From Tubiluchus corallicola (Eukaryota > Animalia > Priapulida): 64,000 bases of DNA. The stretch is from the NCBI GenBank assembly GCA_030141605.1, contig JAQGDQ010000026.1, forward strand, positions 62,001 through 126,000, in the 5' to 3' direction. A program made the translations under genes and the position numbers. Shown here in pieces: positions 59,615 through 64,000 of the stretch; the stretch's first letter is position 1; each line of letters opens with the position of its first letter. The notes beneath the pieces are model-generated. The model was given only the letters and a program-made list of their open reading frames with translations, was not told where the DNA came from and made no database searches.

Positions 59615-60892
59615 TTAATGTGTTCTCATCACCTGCTTTAAAATGTTCTCTTTTGTCTGTTTTGCTTCAGTTTTTACATCAATAGGAATCATATTCATTA
59701 CAATTTCAACTTTTTCTTGAGAAGACTTAATTTTGAAGTCATGAGGTAAGGACATCTTATCAACATGACCTGCTTTGAAGATTTCTTCCAAGACGATATC
59801 ACAATTATTCTCATTCATGAGTTGCATACTAACTGCAATGGTTTCTTCTGGATTGTAAGCTTGGTGGAACCATCCAGGTGGTATAAATAAAACCTCTCCA
59901 GGCATCTGAACAAATTCTAGTGCATCTGCTTTCCTGAAGTCAGGATGAAGAGTCAAATTAAAATCAAATGCATCAATTGGGCTATCGTACCGCCAGGTAG
60001 GAAGAGGAAAACCAGATTTTTGCCTACTGTAGGCATACAACCATGCATCCTGACCAGGGGGATACATCTTCCAGTGTTTCCGTCCTTTTAGCACTACATT
60101 GATGCCTGTCCAGTTGTACGGATCAACATGAAGCGGGGATCGAGAATATGCAGATCCCCATAGCAACATTACGTCCCACGGCTGTAGTTCTTCGGGAAAA
60201 GATGCAAACAGGTTCGACTGCGTATATGGCAGATTGCCAAACTCCAAAGTAAGTTCGGGGTTTCGAGAGAAGAAAGTTTCATCTTCTACATATGACCATT
60301 TGTTCTCACTGACATCAGATAATCGGTGGTAGAACTTTTCCAATGTTACTATTAACCCGAAGGCTGTCTTCAGTTTGCCTCTAACACGCTTCATAGTAAC
60401 TTTTTCATCTCCGTAATAGCTTTTGAAGAAGTCTCCTGTCCAATTTCGTGCTCTCCAACTGTTTACAACTTCAGTAACTATAACTGGCCATTTTGCATCA
60501 TAAAGACGATTAAACTCGGGTGGATATAGTTTCTTTCTTTTATGAATTCCTTTTCCTTGGTAACCATTTGGAAATACTTTTGCTCCCAATTCAACAACTG
60601 CATCAACGTCTGTTAAATCTACTTCATTCCCACTTCTTGATTTTCTGAAATGGTAGTCGTAGAAATCTTCAAAACTAAACCCATGTTCTTCCGCTTCTCT
60701 ATACAACTGAAGAGCTGTAAAAATTAGTAATGGTATTGATGCAGCAAAAATACCTGCAAAATTAAATGGTGTAGCATTCTGAACACGCTGAGTGATTCGC
60801 TTCTCTAGTATGTCGCTGCGTTTTTTGACGTACTTCGACTTGAGGGCAGCTACTTCTGGCCTATCTATTAAACGACGTCTGTGCTCACTCAT
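59615..60892 (-). CDS. JmjC (cupin-like) 2-oxoglutarate/Fe(II) oxygenase, JMJD4/JMJD6-like, with an N-terminal TM helix; 425 aa, single coding exon
   Basis: PVIVTEVVNSWRARNWT..., LLWGSAYSRSPLHVDP (HxD), GRKHWKMYPP and QMPGEVLFIPPGWFHQAYN (distal His). The ATG at 60892 directly follows an acceptor (tttaccag|A, 60895-60894); the first 10 aa of the listed ORF are the polypyrimidine tract. Confidence 0.9.
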   Translation of the reverse strand: MSEHRRRLIDRPEVAALKSKYVKKRSDILEKRITQRVQNATPFNFAGIFAASIPLLIFTALQLYREAEEHGFSFEDFYDYHFRKSRSGNEVDLTDVDAVVELGAKVFPNGYQGKGIHKRKKLYPPEFNRLYDAKWPVIVTEVVNSWRARNWTGDFFKSYYGDEKVTMKRVRGKLKTAFGLIVTLEKFYHRLSDVSENKWSYVEDETFFSRNPELTLEFGNLPYTQSNLFASFPEELQPWDVMLLWGSAYSRSPLHVDPYNWTGINVVLKGRKHWKMYPPGQDAWLYAYSRQKSGFPLPTWRYDSPIDAFDFNLTLHPDFRKADALEFVQMPGEVLFIPPGWFHQAYNPEETIAVSMQLMNENNCDIVLEEIFKAGHVDKMSLPHDFKIKSSQEKVEIVMNMIPIDVKTEAKQTKENILKQVMRTH

Positions 60893-61494
60893 TCTGGTAA
60901 ATAACCAAAAGAAACAGATCAATAAATTAGAAAATAGTGAAAAAATAAATACTAAAAAAGATTTGAGTTTAAGTTGATATGTATTAGTACATTATGTGGT
61001 ATTTCATGGTACAGTGAAGAGGTGAACTTTATGTGACTGACACAAATAATGTGCTATTTAAAAATAAAGAGAAATTTGACATCGCATAATTCACATTCCC
61101 TCCATGTCTGCCTCTGCTATCTGCTAGGCTGTTGTGATACAAACACAACACAAAATACATGACAATTGATTGTCTTGGCTACACAGTAGTTGAATATAAT
61201 TATGTTTTTCACTGCTTTCTCTACATTAATGTAAAAAGTAAATACAGCATATTATGAACAGGAAAGTCCATCAACGCACGTCAATCATGACTATGTCATA
61301 TAACAACTAGATGATAGCCAACTCAATCCACTGAAATCTAACTAGAATTAGCTTTCAAGGGAGCAGTAATAAAAGAAAAAACCAAAAGGAGGCAAAATGC
61401 TGACATACACTGATTTCGCTCAAAAAAAATCTGGTCAATACACCTTTAAACATCAAAAAATATAAAGGCAGGAGGCTGCAGGTGTCAAGGGATC

Positions 61495-61553
61495 ATGGAG
61501 TAAAATGGTGCCAAAAGTTCAGGGCACCATGGAGTAAAATGGTGGCAAAAGTT
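61495..61553. repeat. 33-bp tandem duplication
   Basis: catggagtaaaatggtg(c/g)caaaagtt at 61495 and 61528. Confidence 0.8.
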
Positions 61554-62621
61554 AAGTCTGAGGATCTGTGACTCAACAGATGATGATAATTCAGCAAAGT
61601 TCATAACTGAACTGCATTATCATTGAAAGGAAATGATAAGAAAAACTAAATTTTTTATTAGTTTATCTACACTAGATCAGTGTTTTACGACTTCTAAATA
61701 ATAAAAGTGCCAATCCCAAACTTCAAAACATCAATTGCAAAAATCTCGAGATCAATGTTCAGATTCGAAGCAACAGACCTCAAATCAGCAATTTCGATAG
61801 TACAACACTATTGCATCAATGAGAAACAGGGGTTTTCACCATGTATATTTACTTAGCTCACAGTTTGTTAATGAAAAACACACAAAATATACCTGTAAAA
61901 CATCAAATTATTAGCAGCTCGAGTTCTTAATGGATATTTTACATTTTTTGCATGCAGTGATACAATGCAGAGCTGCTTTGAATGCTTGTTTTTGCTCATC
62001 TTATTGCTGCTAACGGAATGGTCTAAGCTGTTTTGTCAGTGTTACAAAGCAGTACATGTAGTACCTGTATTCTTAGAAGAATATGCTTATAATCTTATTG
62101 TTGGTAATTAGAATAGCCTAAATTGTTCTGACTGAAGTTCGATAATTACCATGATCTTGATCTTCTTGACCAAAATAAGATCTTCTAGAATACAAAAGCT
62201 GCATTGAAGTGCTCTTAGATACCGCCAATATGTTTTGAAATTAGGCAGAAAAATGCCTCAGCAGTCCAGGGTCCACATTTGACCTCATGGGGTTTGGGAA
62301 AGCTGTGCATCCCAAACACCCTCACTCTGCTTGTTAAAATATAGTCTTGGGTAAAATATCGCCATAGAACTAGAATTTGTTTATTTTTCACCTCTTAGTA
62401 AAAATATTAGTACAATATAATTGTAATGTGTTCGGGATGCTCAATAGATGGCACTGTATCCCTGTTTTTAACCCGTGAAACCAATTTACCTGTTGACCTA
62501 GATAAGTAGAGTCAAGTGAGCCTGATACTAACTTGGAACTGATACTAACCATGAATTTTGCCATAGAGATAGTAAAAATAGAAATAGTAACAATACCATC
62601 TTTATATATATTATTGCACTG

Positions 62622-62660
<39 letters not shown>

Positions 62661-63887
62661 AGCCATTAATAATATTCATTATACTGTAATTTTATAGCAG
62701 ATAGAGGCCTCGTGATTATCTAGATGCCTTATTGGAAACGTGCCACATTCAGTACTAACATGTAAATGAAAGTAAAAGAGGTAAGGCAATTCTATCTGCA
62801 TAAATTTACACATTGCTTGGAAAATCAAAAGCACATCTATTTATTATGCCTTTACGTCCATGATATTTATGTTCAAATTTAAACTTAATCTCAATAGTTT
62901 TTCACACCTTATTCTGAAATCTTCGTCAAGGTAATTGCGCATATTACTAATAGTAACATTACTTACAGGGTAGGTAACTTTTAGTTTTTCGCCACCCTTT
63001 CACCAATCACTTGAACATCACTAACTCAGATAATTTACTCATTAACAATCTTGTCACTAATAATTTAATAATCTTGTTGAGAGGCTAGGACTGTGTCGTG
63101 TTGAAGTTGTCATGATGTAGTGTAAATATGATATTATATTATAGTGTTAGTGGAAGCAAGTAATACTATGCTCGAAGTTTATAGTTAATTATAACTGGTG
63201 AAGTTGGCCTGCGAGATTTGGCCCACAAGCTTTGCATAAGCCTATCTTTTGTGTGCTTTGTATGTTAGCCATCAGTGACCATGCAAACTGCTAAATCACC
63301 ATTTTCTGGGAAACAGCTGCTCGAGCCTACATACATCTTGCACTAAGATTTTATTAGTGTATAAACTATGCCAGCTGCAACACTGTGTTATAGTTTAACA
63401 ATATTAAAAGCCATATGCAAGTACTTGCTTAAAAGATTTAGGTGCATCCATTGCCTCCACAGAACACTGAATTGCTTTTTCTGTGTTTTGCTGTTTGTTG
63501 CTATTTTATAAGTTAACTTATATAATAGTGTAGGCTTTTTGCCACATTTTGTGGAGGTCTATTATTGGTCATAAGCTGCTTAATCTTTTTTATACAGTTT
63601 GTAAAATATATTGTCATATCAGTCCTAATACCCTCATACTAAATTATATAGTTGTTATATGTCCCGTATTTAGTATAAAAGGTGATGAATAAATGACTTA
63701 CTTACTTATACAAGTTTTTGCTTCTCTAGCCCAGCGCAGCACAATTAATCTTTTATGATAACGATAGTGTATGAAACATAATAATTTATTACAGTATTGT
63801 GTAACAATTTTTTTTATGTTACCATATATTACACGTCATTATATTGTACTGAATGTGGTAATAATAAAAACTTCAAAAAAAACTTAC

Positions 63888-64000
63888 ATCAAAAAGAGGT
63901 CTAATGCTATTTTAATTTTAAAAACTGCAAAATCTCATTTTTCCTTTACGGTTTGGACTGCTACTCTGCGCTTCTTCTGTTGCAGTTGCGGGCATTGGAC
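63888..64000 (-). promoter_or_regulatory. Probable 5' non-coding exon or promoter-proximal region of the JmjC gene
   Basis: Minus-strand donor GAT|gtaagt at 63887 and locally higher CpG/GC content at the window end. Confidence 0.35.

Noticed and set aside
60893-60922. MICFFWLFTR as a signal peptide of the JmjC protein
   Set aside because: It is the translated polypyrimidine tract and acceptor, starting at a non-ATG codon.

Overview
AT-rich, intron-containing genomic DNA of an invertebrate animal. It encodes Msxlx, a homeobox family lost from vertebrates and tunicates. I reconstructed seven protein-coding genes by hand from splice signals, reading-frame continuity and remembered orthologue sequences: the 3' half of CCDC130/YJU2B (+), DZIP1/Iguana (-, single coding exon), a myophilin/transgelin-type calponin-family gene (+, 5 exons), Msxlx (+, 3 exons), MEA1 (-, 4 exons), M1AP (-, 11 exons) and an intronless JMJD4/JMJD6-like JmjC oxygenase with an N-terminal transmembrane helix (-). 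Introns and intergenic DNA contain decayed LINE fragments, several MITEs with TIRs/TSDs and microsatellites. The most notable observations are: (1) 3 of 22 reconstructed coding introns need GC rather than GT donors; (2) the JmjC protein looks like a type II membrane, lumen-facing hydroxylase; (3) two unrelated MULE-like MITEs wrap a telomere-like (TTAGGG)n core; (4) Msxlx sits in a CpG-rich domain without its usual Nk2 neighbours. No database search was run, so all gene names and family assignments come from recognising the sequences. I see no evidence of a wholly new multi-gene system.
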